Shown here: positions 11,137-21,235 of the stretch, in pieces
How positions within the stretch are numbered: the first letter of the stretch is position 1
Layout: each line of letters starts with the position of its first letter
Source of the DNA: Candidatus Latescibacterota bacterium
GTDB taxonomy: Bacteria > Latescibacterota > UBA2968 > GCA-2709665
Length of the DNA stretch: 64,000 bases
NCBI GenBank assembly: GCA_965226795.1
Contig: CBDDDZ010000005.1
Location: forward strand, 1,024,001-1,088,000
Direction of reading: 5' to 3'
The notes under the pieces: model-generated
Seen by the model: the letters and a program-made list of their open reading frames with translations, nothing else
Told to the model about the DNA's origin: nothing
Database searches by the model: none
Program-made: the position numbers and the translations under genes

Positions 11137-11164
11137 CGTTCGGATCCCCGGCCCGTTTGAGATC

Positions 11165-11959
11165 TCAAGATCCCACTGCCGAGTATTTCCTGATACCACG
11201 GTACCAGATGAGTTTGACAATGGCGAGTCCGATGATGACCCAAAGAGCCTGCATCAGGAAACCATGCGTGATCTGTGCCCGGTCGAGCCTGCCCAGGAGG
11301 AGCTCTACCGGAAAGGCGACCGACCACTTGAACGGGAGCGCGTCGGCGACCGATCGCGCCCCACCCGGAAGCAGATCCAATGGGGCGATCCGCCCCGAGA
11401 GGAACAGACCGAAGAGATAGTATATCTGATTGACGGCCTCGTTTCGCGTCGTCCAGAAGGCGACCAGTGAAAGGGACCATTCGACGAAAAACCTGAGGAT
11501 GTACGCCAGAATCAGCGAGACCAGGAAGAGGAACGCGTTTTTGAATTCGATGTCAAACGTGGGATTGAACAGGAGGCAGAGCACAGTCACGGACGGGATC
11601 AGCACGAACAGCGTCAGGGTCTTGTAGCCGATGTTGTCTGCAATGTCGCTGTGGATGGGATGAATCGGCTTCAGGAGCATTGCGGACAGTTCGCCGTGCT
11701 GCACCCGATAGCCCATCTCGTGCATGATCCAGGTGAACGTCCACATATTGACGACCATCAGGACGATGTAATACGCGGCGAACCCACCCGCATCGTAGCC
11801 GTCCACTTCTCCGCCGCGGGCTAACGCGACAGTTGACCACACGACACAATAGATCGTCGGCTCGAGAAGCCCCCCGATCATCCAGATCGCCATGGCGACG
11901 CGATATTGAAACTGAAGCGCAAGGGTGGTTTTCAGGTATGCCCAGTAGATCGAAAGCAT
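11165..11959 (-). CDS. ABC-2 family transporter permease (DUF990 type)
   Basis: QYR, GELSAMLLKP, LSGRIAPLDLLP, YSAVG motifs. Confidence 0.88.
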   Translation of the reverse strand: MLSIYWAYLKTTLALQFQYRVAMAIWMIGGLLEPTIYCVVWSTVALARGGEVDGYDAGGFAAYYIVLMVVNMWTFTWIMHEMGYRVQHGELSAMLLKPIHPIHSDIADNIGYKTLTLFVLIPSVTVLCLLFNPTFDIEFKNAFLFLVSLILAYILRFFVEWSLSLVAFWTTRNEAVNQIYYLFGLFLSGRIAPLDLLPGGARSVADALPFKWSVAFPVELLLGRLDRAQITHGFLMQALWVIIGLAIVKLIWYRGIRKYSAVGS

Positions 11960-12118
11960 TGGTGTTCATTGGCATCCGGGTTTTACGATACCGATCGGAT
12001 GTAGTGGAGAAGCGAGAGGTAGAATGTGGGTCCGTCTTCCGGGGATCATGTGGACGGTTCCGGGCCGGCCGGATTTGGTGCCGGAACCCGCGGCCGAGTC
12101 CGGCTTCTACTTTCAGGT

Positions 12119-13150
12119 TCAGGCTGTTTTCGATTTCGCGAGTCCGATTTCGGCGCCGGTTGTCCCGGCGCCCTCTTCCGGCGTCTCAGCGGAAAAAACC
12201 TGCTCGATGACTTCCTCGATCGGCGGGTCTTCAACCGTCAGGTCCAGCACCGGCAAGTCACCCAGAATCTTCGCAGTCACGTGTGGGGTGGCCTCTTTGG
12301 GCACGCGTAAAGAGTAACGCAGCCCGGCTGCGTTAACGACTTCTCCATAGGGCGAGAGATCCACATTTTCGGTCTCGAGTTCAACTACAACGTTCTTGTG
12401 GGGGGAGAATTGGGTGACGAGGTCGGAAAGCGGACCGTCGAAAAGAATCTGACCGTGGTGGATGACGACAACACGTTTACAGAGGGCTTCGACGTCGGCC
12501 ATGTAGTGGCTGGTGAGCAACACCGTCGCGCCGTGTGCGCGGTTGTACTCTCCGATGAACGTACGAATACGGCGCTGCATGGTGACGTCGAGACCGATTG
12601 TGGGTTCGTCGAGGAACAGTACCTTTGGACGATGCAGCAGGGCGGCCGCGATCTCGCACTTCATTCGCTCACCGAGCGAGAGGTTTCTGACCGGTTTCGG
12701 GAAAAGCGATTCCAACTCGAGCAATTCCGTGAGTTCATCGAGTGTCTCTCTGTAGCCACTGGGCGTAATCCGATAGACTGCCCGATTGCGTTCCAGTGAG
12801 TCGATCACCGGGATGTCCCAGATCAGCTGATTGCGCTGTCCCATAACCAGCGTAATCTGGCCGAGGAAAGCCTTTTCGCGCCTATGGGGGATATGACCCA
12901 GTACTTCTGCCGTTCCGTCAGTGGGATAGAGCAGGCCCGAGAGCATCTTGAGCGTTGTGGTCTTTCCCGCCCCGTTTGGACCGAGAAAGCCCACGATTTC
13001 ACCGGGTTCGACGCTGAAGGAAATGGCTTCGACAGCCTTGACTACACGTGTTTTCCGGTTGACCAGGCTCTTGAGCGCGGCAGCAAGACCGGCCTCGCGT
13101 TCAGGTACGATGTAGAACTTGGAAAGATCTCTAACCGTAATGGCGTGCAT
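12119..13150 (-). CDS. ABC transporter ATP-binding protein
   Basis: Walker A GPNGAGKTT, LSLGERM signature, LFLDEPT Walker B, SH motif. Confidence 0.93.
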   Translation of the reverse strand: MHAITVRDLSKFYIVPEREAGLAAALKSLVNRKTRVVKAVEAISFSVEPGEIVGFLGPNGAGKTTTLKMLSGLLYPTDGTAEVLGHIPHRREKAFLGQITLVMGQRNQLIWDIPVIDSLERNRAVYRITPSGYRETLDELTELLELESLFPKPVRNLSLGERMKCEIAAALLHRPKVLFLDEPTIGLDVTMQRRIRTFIGEYNRAHGATVLLTSHYMADVEALCKRVVVIHHGQILFDGPLSDLVTQFSPHKNVVVELETENVDLSPYGEVVNAAGLRYSLRVPKEATPHVTAKILGDLPVLDLTVEDPPIEEVIEQVFSAETPEEGAGTTGAEIGLAKSKTA

Positions 13151-13253
13151 GGCCGCTCGGATACCGCTGCAGGTGAAGTCTTTTCACCTTGAATATGAAA
13201 AGGGGAGATGCAACCCGCGTTGAAGACCCTACGTTGACTGGCCTAGGCCTGCC

Positions 13254-13610
13254 TCAGCCCGTACCAGTTTCCGTCCTCGTCGGTTGAAGATGGCAAAGAG
13301 CCCCCACGTCATCTCTCGGGGCTCCTGGGTGAACGTCACGCCCCGTGCGCTCATCTCCTCGATAAGTCGCGCGAATATCGTCGCATTGGAACACGATGGA
13401 CGGCTTTCGTGCCGCCCGGTCGCTCATCAACGTTCCGGGATACAGAACCAGATTCGACCGGGCGCCGGGCGAACCGACTTCGATCCATTTCGAGTTGGGG
13501 CCCATATCTGCCTGGTAGCACACCTCGCAGCCAACCCGCTTTGACCGGAACCGAACCGCTTTGCGCTGGTCTGCAACATACACAGCAGCGGTAGCGATCT
13601 ACGAAATTAT
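13254..13610 (-). pseudogene. Degraded VOC/glyoxalase family protein
   Basis: IATAAVYVADQRKAVRF...MGPNSKWIEV...PSIVFQCDDI; likely start codon reads ATA, TAG at 13599-13601, frameshift near 13360. Confidence 0.65.
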
Positions 13611-13746
13611 CGCGACCTTCCCCGATGGGTGATAACCGACCCCGGTCATTCATTTTATGGATAACGAACCGCCGGCCTCTTGAATGCGGCGGCCCCTTAC
13701 GGCGTAAACCGGGAAAACCATTCCAGACAAAATGCAACCCGGGCAC

Positions 13747-14977
13747 TCATACCTGAACCCTGTCCTGTATCACTTGCCAGTCGGATTCCGTCATGTCGCT
13801 GTAATGCCAGTAAATGAGGGTGGTCAGGCCGCCATTCTCAACGGTTTGCAGCATGTGTTCCAGTTCGCGACTGTCCATGCGGACACCACCGTGATGCAGC
13901 CCCATCCAGGGCCGGATGCGTGAGACGTCGCCGAGGCGTTCCCTCATTTTGGTAATTTCGCTCAGGGCCACCTGCTCGAAGAACTCGGCGGGCAATGCGG
14001 CGTCCAGATCGGCCAGGCGCCGGGCGCCGGGAATCCAGAGGGCGAAGAGTTCGCGCACGCGGTCGAGCGCTTCCGCGTTCGGTTATGCCAGGGTTCCACT
14101 CGCACAGGGTTTCCCCGTAGCGGTACAGGGTGCCTTTCAGGCCGTCTATGCCGTGCTGCCAGAAATAGAGTTTGGGGCACTGGAAGTCGACGATTTCCGA
14201 CAGGCGCGCAAAATTGTAGCCGGTGAGGGGCGCGAAGGCGGGCAGACGGGGGCCGCAGGCCAACTTTCGCGGCGGGTCGAGCGATCGGGCGGTGTCTGCG
14301 AAAGCCCTTACGTAGTGCTCGATGCTGTCGGTCTTGAAGCGGAACCAGTCAAAGAGACCGGGGTTCGAGATGAGTGTGTCAAGGCCATCGATCAGACCGC
14401 GTTCGCGCCGGCCCGTCGGCAGGCTTCCAAGGTTTTTTAGCTGGTCCTTAAGGCGGCCCTGGGCCTGCCAGAGGGCATCGAAGTCATACCCCCATTCTTT
14501 CGCTTGCGCACGGCAGCATTCGCAGTCGCACCGGAACAGGTTGCTCCGATCGGGTGCGATTTCGTACCCCCACTCAGGTCCGTCGAGGATGAATCCGTCT
14601 ACTCCCGGAAAACTCCGAACAACGTCCCGCGTTCGCGCCGGGCCGTACCGGAGTTTCTCGGGATTGTTGATGCAGCCCGGGGAGGATTGAAGCCAATCGT
14701 GCAAGTATACGGAGAAGTTGCGGTTTTTTGCCTTTTCAACGGCACGTTGCAGCGTTTCGAACCGGGGGATGTCTTCGCGCGACATCTCCGGGGGACGCGT
14801 CTCACACCCCTGGTAGAGTTCCGGCGTGGCCGGATACGCGGGCGACGTCCCGAATCTCAGGTCGCCCAGCACGATCGTGTCGATGCCCACCCCTTCCAGG
14901 CGGTCCAGGATACTGTCGGCGCCTTCTTCTTCGAAGGCGTCGATGAGGCCGATAAACATCCATATATCGAGTGGCAT
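13747..14977 (-). pseudogene. Hypothetical TIM-barrel/glycoside-hydrolase-like protein with a single frameshift
   Basis: ORF 13838..14977 (DGFILDGPEWGY, CxCxCC) continues naturally into the frame of 13747..14058 (EALDRVRELFAL...) if one extra base near 14078 is removed. Confidence 0.6.
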
Positions 14978-14990
14978 GGCAGGTCCTTAC

Positions 14991-15023
14991 AAAAAGGAGG
15001 GCGGGTATGAAACCCCGCCCCCG
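14991..15023 (-). terminator. Hairpin plus T-tract downstream of nadA
   Basis: Minus strand GGGCGGGG-TTTCATA-CCCGCCC followed by TCCTTTTT. Confidence 0.5.
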
Positions 15024-15044
15024 CGGCATACGTTATCTGTGAAT

Positions 15045-16094
15045 TCAACCTATTTCCAACATCCGATCCACCGCGCGTTTGGCTCGAATGCGGATTTGCT
15101 CGGGTACCTCGATGATCTGCTCATTGTTTTTCAGGGCATTCAGCGTGTCTTCGAGGGTGATTTCGTTCATGTGCGGACACCGGATGCTGCACAGCCGAAC
15201 CATTTCCTTGTCCGGGTTGTCTGCCATGATATTGTCACCCATGCTGCATTCCGTGAGGAGCAGATAGCTGGACGCTTCAGTCTCTTGCACATAGGCGCTC
15301 ATCTTGGACGTGCTGCTGGAGAAGTCGGAAGCCGCCACAACTTCGGGGCTGCACTCCGGATGGGCGAGAACGAGCACGCCCGGGAATTGCTCGCGCACAT
15401 CGGTGACGTCGCCGACGGTGAATTTCTCGTGCACTTCGCACCGGCCGTGCCAACCGATCATCTCGTATTCCAGCTCTGTTCCGGGCAGTTCGGGTTCCTC
15501 CCTTGTGGGGAAAATGATCCGCTTGCCGGTTTCCTGGGCCACGTTGGCCGCCAGGTATTCGTCGGGAAGAAAGATGACGGTATCGCAACCGAGCGATTCC
15601 ACGACCCTTGCGGCGTTGCTGGATGTGCAGCAGACGTCGCATTCCGCTTTCACGTCTGCATAGGTGTTTATATACGTGACGATAGGGACCCCCGGGTAGT
15701 CCTTCCGCATTCTGCGGACGTCCTGAGCGGAGATGCTTGCCGCCAGGGAACACCCGGCAATCTTGGCCGGTAACAGAACGGTCTTGTCGGGGTTGAGGAT
15801 CTTCGCGGTTTCCGCCATAAAACGCACGCCGCAGAATACGATGGGGTCGCAATCGGTTTCGGCGGCTTTACGGCTGAGTTCGAGTGAATCCCCCACCACA
15901 TCGGGCACGGTATGAAACAGCGCAGGTTCCATGTAATTGTGACCCAGGATGATGGCGCCGCGCTCTTCCTTCAGGCGGTTGATCTCGTAGACCAGTTCGG
16001 CTTTATATAGAAGCTCGATTTCCGGCACGATACCGCTGAGTTTGCGCTCCATCTGTTCGTAGGTTTCGTGGAGCGTCTTTTCCAGAATTGCCAT
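15045..16094 (-). CDS. nadA: Quinolinate synthase
   Basis: GHNY, GDSLELS, FCGVRFMAETAKILNP, AGCSLA, YINT, CEVH, HPEC, CPHM motifs. Confidence 0.96.
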   Translation of the reverse strand: MAILEKTLHETYEQMERKLSGIVPEIELLYKAELVYEINRLKEERGAIILGHNYMEPALFHTVPDVVGDSLELSRKAAETDCDPIVFCGVRFMAETAKILNPDKTVLLPAKIAGCSLAASISAQDVRRMRKDYPGVPIVTYINTYADVKAECDVCCTSSNAARVVESLGCDTVIFLPDEYLAANVAQETGKRIIFPTREEPELPGTELEYEMIGWHGRCEVHEKFTVGDVTDVREQFPGVLVLAHPECSPEVVAASDFSSSTSKMSAYVQETEASSYLLLTECSMGDNIMADNPDKEMVRLCSIRCPHMNEITLEDTLNALKNNEQIIEVPEQIRIRAKRAVDRMLEIG

Positions 16095-16107
16095 GACGTA
16101 GATCTCC

Positions 16108-16863
16108 GTGCCCGTTCAATGCGGGTTTATTTACGCTAAAGATAACCAAAGTGTTTCGTATCGGCAAGGGATAGATGCGGTTAAAAAGCTCGGATGGACG
16201 GATCCTATCGGCAAGAAGTTTGAGTGGCGCGGTCGACAAAAAGGCCGGGTGATCGGTGTTGTCAGGGATTTTCATTCTCTAGTCGTTGCATCACCGCGTA
16301 GATCCGGTGGTTATGTTTCATTGAATTCATCTGATCCTATCGTTGCGGATTATCCCGGACGGAATTCCGGAGACAATGGCTTTTCTGGAGCAGACCTGGA
16401 AGACGTTCACCCGCACCTGCCGTTTGATTTCTATTTTGTGGATAAACGGGTCCAGGGCAGTTATCAGTCGGAGATCCATCTAACCCGGACGGTTGGAATT
16501 TTTGCATTGCTTGCCGTTTTCGTGGCCTCTCTGGGTCTGTACGGATTGGCTGCGTTCACGACTGAGCAGAGAACCAAAGAAATCGGCGTCCGAAAGTCAT
16601 TGGGGGCATCCGTTCTCCGTATTGTCGGGATGCCGTCGAGGGAGTTTCTGACCCTGGTGGCCATTGCCAACCTGCTGGCCTGGCCGTTGACTTACTGGGT
16701 GATGAACGCGTGGCTGAGGGAGTTTCCCTATCGGGTCGATCTGGGTATCGGTGTTTTTATTCTGAGCGGTCTGATCGCATTCGTGATTGCGCTGGGGACG
16801 GTGAGCTATCACGCATCCAAGGCGGCCCGGACAAATCCGGTGGATGCTTTGCGGTATGAATAG
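16108..16863 (+). pseudogene. C-terminal remnant of a MacB/FtsX-type ABC permease
   Basis: VIGVVRDFH, EQRTKEIGVRKSLGAS, NPVDALRYE; N-terminal part missing and an internal stretch is out of frame. Confidence 0.7.
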
Positions 16864-16964
16864 CGAGGAGGGATTTCTCAGTCGGCCGCCGATTCGTCTG
16901 CGAACAGGTTCCTCGCGCCCGTCGTCTGCCGACCCTGCCGGCGGACCCCCGGTGCCGGTTCGGT

Positions 16965-18023
16965 CTAGACCCTCAGATCTTCCTGCCGCGAACGCTTGAG
17001 GAGTTCCGCCTCCGCCGCCTGCCTGTCCGCGTCGGTCTTGAGCGGGGTTACGGTGACCCCCGGCGCCGGCCGCGGGGAAAGGATCCGGCTGGCGCCGGCA
17101 TTTCGGAGCGCCCGGACAACCGGTTCAGAATCCGGCGCCAGCGCAATGATGGTGCCGCCTCCACCCGCCCCGGCCAGTTTGGCTCCCAATGCCCCTGCGT
17201 CCAGCGCCGCCTGAATGAGGCGTTCGTTTTCTGGCCCGGAACCGCCCAGGTCCCGCTGGATCTCGTGATTCTCGACCATCAGTTCGCCGAGTGTCTGCCA
17301 GTCTGCTTCCAGAAGCGCTCGTTTTCCCATCCGCGCCAGGTGGGCAATCCGGAGGTAGCTGCGTACGACTTCCCGGTCGCCCTCCAGCCAGCGTTCGCGA
17401 ATTGGTCGGTGAACCAGGGCGGAGTTGCGTTTCACGCCCGTGTGGGCCAGGACAAAGGGGCATCCGCCTACATAGGGCGCGAGGGGCTCCACGGTGGCGT
17501 AGGGTTCGTCGGCCAGCGCACGGTAGAACTGTTTCTCGCGGAAATCCAGATAATTCAGTCCTCCGATCGTGCACATATAGGCGTCCTGGTAGCCGCACAG
17601 AACCAAATAGTGCAATTCGATGTGGCGGGCCATTTCAGCACGGTGGTACACGTGAACCGACCGGCCAATGTAGGCCAGAATGGCGTTGAGAATGGATACG
17701 ATCAATGCGGATGAACTGGAAAGACCCGCACGGAAGGGGACGTCGCACGCCCATCGCAGAGAGAACAGCGCCTTCTTCAGGTCGAGGAAGTCGACGACGG
17801 CCTTTGCAACATCGAAATATCCACCGTCCGGTTTCAGTTCTTCGGAGGTGCGAACCACGTGGCGGCAGCCTGCGGTCTCAAAGACGAGCTCATCAGCCGG
17901 TTCGATCAGCACGACGGCGCGTTCCACCGTGGAACAGGAGATGACGCTGCCGCCATACATGTCGGTGGGGTTGCCTATAATGCCCGCTCTTCCCGGCGCC
18001 GTGCTCAGGTAAGCCTCCGGCAT
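16965..18023 (-). CDS. GHMP-family sugar kinase (glucuronokinase/heptose kinase-like)
   Basis: APGRAGIIGNPTDMYGG, PFRAGLSSSSA, GYQD, GAKLAGAGGGG; start MPEAYL two bases after the upstream gene's stop. Confidence 0.85.
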   Translation of the reverse strand: MPEAYLSTAPGRAGIIGNPTDMYGGSVISCSTVERAVVLIEPADELVFETAGCRHVVRTSEELKPDGGYFDVAKAVVDFLDLKKALFSLRWACDVPFRAGLSSSSALIVSILNAILAYIGRSVHVYHRAEMARHIELHYLVLCGYQDAYMCTIGGLNYLDFREKQFYRALADEPYATVEPLAPYVGGCPFVLAHTGVKRNSALVHRPIRERWLEGDREVVRSYLRIAHLARMGKRALLEADWQTLGELMVENHEIQRDLGGSGPENERLIQAALDAGALGAKLAGAGGGGTIIALAPDSEPVVRALRNAGASRILSPRPAPGVTVTPLKTDADRQAAEAELLKRSRQEDLRV

Positions 18024-18025
18024 AC

Positions 18026-18931
18026 TCAGAATTCCCTCAACTGTTTCTGGATATGCTGGCGGATGATATAACCGTGGCGCTGGTCGGAAATGGCGAAGTC
18101 TATAAAGGCTTTGTAGTAAGATACGGGGTCGCCGATGCCATATCGAAGTTCCTCTTTCTTCAGCCGGATGCACCGTACCTTACGGCCCATCTTGATAAGC
18201 GTGGCTATCGCGTCCGTCAACTCCAGTTTGCCGCTGGAACCGGGCAGGGTGTGCCGCAGCGCATCGAAAATCTCGGGATGAAATACATATCGGGCGGCGA
18301 CTGCAAGGCGACTGGGCGCGTCAGCGAGAGCCGGCTTTTCCACGATGCTCTCGATCTCGAAGTCCGTCCTGGCCCTGCCTCTGGGCTTGACGATGCCGTA
18401 ATTGGGCACGTCCGAGGGATCCACCTCCACGACGGCGATCGTACAGCAGGAATCGTGCTGGAAATGGGACCTGATCATCCTCCGGATCAGCCCCGCGTGG
18501 CTCCCGGATTTGACAATCGTATCCCCAAGCGCGACAACAAAAGGGTCGTTTCCCACGAAGTCTTCGGCTCCGCCGATGGCGTCTCCAATTCCGGGCGGTG
18601 TGTGCCGCCCGTGAGGGATGAGCTGGCGGGTGAAAAAAAATCTGACCGACTCCCGTCCGTAATCCACCACGCCCAGCAGTTCCCGGTTTTCGCTTTCCGA
18701 TAGACGATTCAACAGTTCAGGGTCCCGGTCGAAGTGATCTTCGACAGAACGTTTGTCGCGCCCGGTAATGAACAGGAATTTCGTCAGGCCCTGGTCCACC
18801 ATTTCTTCCACGACGTATTGGACCACGGGTTTACACGCAACAGGGAGCATCTCCTTCGGTTGCGATTTGGTGGCCGGCAGGAGCCCGGTGCCCATACCGG
18901 CTAACGGGATCACGACCTTCTCGATTTCCAT
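18026..18931 (-). CDS. UTP--glucose-1-phosphate uridylyltransferase-like sugar nucleotidyltransferase (GalU family)
   Basis: VIPLAGMGTGLLPATKSQPKEMLP, EDHFD, VEKP, ELTDAI. Confidence 0.85.
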   Translation of the reverse strand: MEIEKVVIPLAGMGTGLLPATKSQPKEMLPVACKPVVQYVVEEMVDQGLTKFLFITGRDKRSVEDHFDRDPELLNRLSESENRELLGVVDYGRESVRFFFTRQLIPHGRHTPPGIGDAIGGAEDFVGNDPFVVALGDTIVKSGSHAGLIRRMIRSHFQHDSCCTIAVVEVDPSDVPNYGIVKPRGRARTDFEIESIVEKPALADAPSRLAVAARYVFHPEIFDALRHTLPGSSGKLELTDAIATLIKMGRKVRCIRLKKEELRYGIGDPVSYYKAFIDFAISDQRHGYIIRQHIQKQLREF

Positions 18932-19385
18932 AAGACGGAACTCCCTGGGTTTCTGCTTTCTGTTATCCGGTCGGGCGTACCGCCGGCGTCGGCAACCTGT
19001 TTCACAGCGGCCCCACGTGGCATTTGCCGACGGAGTTCACCTTCGAACGGTTCGCGCATGCGTGTCCGGCCTGATCGGGTTCGTCGTGCGGCGGCGGATT
19101 TCGGGGGCCTCTTTGCGCGTACGCCTTGAGAACAGGATCCCAATAGAAGGGAACATAAAATCAGGGCGTGCCTGCTGAGGCACACCCTGTATTCGATGTG
19201 ACGGTCATGGTTCGCACCGCGGCGGTTGAATCCGCACACACCGGCGTGTCAACGAGATCGCGTTCGTTCGGCTCGCGTCGATGGGCCCGGATAACCGTTC
19301 GGGTTCGTTGTGCGTGGCCGACACGGGCCCTTTGCGACACTCTATAGAACCGGCCAAGGTTGTTTCCGGACGCGTGGCCGTTTTT

Positions 19386-19709
19386 TTACAGCACGGCCTC
19401 GAGTTTTTCGACCAGTTGTTTTTTGGGGACCGCGCCGACAATCTGGTCGGCCAGTTCGCCGTTTTTGAATATGAGCAGTGTTGGTATACTTCGGATTCCG
19501 TAGTCGGCGGCGATTTTCTGTTCGGAGTCCACGTCGACTTTTCCGACCTTGACGCGGCCCTCGTACTCGACGGCCAGTTCGTCCACAATTGGCGCAACCA
19601 TGCGGCAGGGGCCGCACCACACAGCCCAGAAGTCCACGAGCACCGGAATGGTGGACTTGACCACTTCAGACTGAAAGCTATCGTCGGTTATGGTTATTGC
19701 ATTTGCCAA
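19386..19709 (-). CDS. trxA: Thioredoxin
   Basis: DFWAVWCGPC, SIPTL; probable TTG start. Confidence 0.96.
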   Translation of the reverse strand: MANAITITDDSFQSEVVKSTIPVLVDFWAVWCGPCRMVAPIVDELAVEYEGRVKVGKVDVDSEQKIAADYGIRSIPTLLIFKNGELADQIVGAVPKKQLVEKLEAVL

Positions 19710-19913
19710 CGCACGCACCGCCTTTCGTTAATGTTTCAACGAACATTGAAAAGTTGCCTGCTGAACCGCCTGCGGTCGGATCGACATTCTGCCGATACGA
19801 ACCATCGGAATTCCGCTCCGTCAGGAACTGTAAAATCTACCAAGTTTTCGTGGGCATGTCAAGAATCAGAAAAACGGGTGGAGACTCGAGGGAAGAGGCG
19901 ACCCGGCTCCGGT

Positions 19914-20942
19914 TCAACCGGCGGGACCGGAACACATCCGGCAGACGAGTTTTGTAAGGGTGGCGGCGGGTGCACGAGAACGGGACTTCAGGCGGTTATC
20001 CGCGTCCAGGAGCGAGTCGTAAGCGTGCCACAGGTCCTGGTCATCGAAACGATCCGCCTGTTCGAGATAGTTGGAAAGAAAGAAAGGAGGCACCTTCAGT
20101 TTTCCCGCCAGTTCTGCCCGGGGCAGCCCCTGATTCCGGAGCCAGCGAGCCTTACGAAGAATTCCGATATGCCGTATGAGCATCGCGACAACAGCCACCG
20201 GGTTGTCGCCCCGTTCGAGAAGGTGGTGTAGAACCGCCAGGGCATCGCCGGCTCTCCGATTTCCCACGGCATCCGCAAGTTCGAAAACCGTCGCGCTTCG
20301 TAAATCGCCAGCCACCTGGATGACGTCGTCTCGCGTGATGGCATCCCGTCCGTTTGCATATATAGCCAGTTTCTCGAGTTCGCTAACCAGTTCGCCCGGA
20401 TTCGGGCCGACGCCGAGGTGAAGCAGGTGTGCGGCATCAGGTTCAATCCGTTTATTCAGGGCAGCCGCCCGTCTACGAATCCACTCCGGGAGTTCGCTCT
20501 CGTAAGGTGGCTTGAATTCTACCGCAACGGCGTTTTTTCGCAACGCGACGCTGAGTTTCTTGCGACCGTCCAATTTGTCCGCGGTAATAACAAGGACAGT
20601 GGATCCAACGGGTTTGTCAATAAGGGGAAGGAGAGTTCGCGCGTCGGTGTCCCGCAACCGTTCCACTCGTTTGACAACGACAACCCGGCGTGACGCCATC
20701 ATCGGAAAGGCGGTTGCACGGCCGACGGCGTCGGCCACATCCATATCCTCGCCGCGGAAGATATCCAGGTTGAAGGCTCGTAATGTGGGATCGACAGCAG
20801 CGTCGACAAGGGCTTTCAGGCTTTCTTCCTTGCTGACGTTCTCAGTTCCGTGCATCAAATACAGCGGCGCGAATTCGCCCCCTTGAATCTGCGCGGTCAG
20901 CCTATCCTGCGGGTTGCCGGATTTAGCTCTGGATTTGGCCAC
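19914..20942 (-). CDS. holA: DNA polymerase III subunit delta
   Basis: PLYLMHGTE, FPMMASRRVVVV, ELEKL, VFELADAV, D..LK; probable GTG start at 20942. Confidence 0.9.
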   Translation of the reverse strand: MAKSRAKSGNPQDRLTAQIQGGEFAPLYLMHGTENVSKEESLKALVDAAVDPTLRAFNLDIFRGEDMDVADAVGRATAFPMMASRRVVVVKRVERLRDTDARTLLPLIDKPVGSTVLVITADKLDGRKKLSVALRKNAVAVEFKPPYESELPEWIRRRAAALNKRIEPDAAHLLHLGVGPNPGELVSELEKLAIYANGRDAITRDDVIQVAGDLRSATVFELADAVGNRRAGDALAVLHHLLERGDNPVAVVAMLIRHIGILRKARWLRNQGLPRAELAGKLKVPPFFLSNYLEQADRFDDQDLWHAYDSLLDADNRLKSRSRAPAATLTKLVCRMCSGPAG

Positions 20943-21031
20943 GGTCGTGGTAGATGGAAAAGATGCGAAAGATCTGAAAACATGCACGGAACTACTCTGC
21001 CAGGGAGCACTACACCGGCCCAAAGGGAGCG

Positions 21032-21223
21032 CTAACCGTCCAGGTCGCGAAATTCAGCATCCCTGATCCGATTCTTGTTGATGTCCCAGGATGGCTTCTT
21101 GCCGGGTGGACGTGACCCGTCTTTCTGGGGGGAGACCCATCGAAGCGAGGAGCGCAGAACATCCCGAAGTACGCGGTATACGAGACCCAGCAATAAGCCG
21201 AAAAGGAAAATGCGCAACAACAT
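21032..21223 (-). CDS. Small hypothetical membrane protein
   Basis: 63 aa, N-terminal TM helix, C-terminal IRDAEFRDL; GGGAG RBS; fits between purM and holA. Confidence 0.6.
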   Translation of the reverse strand: MLLRIFLFGLLLGLVYRVLRDVLRSSLRWVSPQKDGSRPPGKKPSWDINKNRIRDAEFRDLDG

Positions 21224-21235
21224 AGCGTACTCCCG

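Noticed and set aside
18910..19239. 109-aa ORF between trxA and the galU-like gene with a lipobox-like LGSC
   Set aside because: No clear start or RBS, overlaps the galU-like gene, low-complexity Arg-rich composition.
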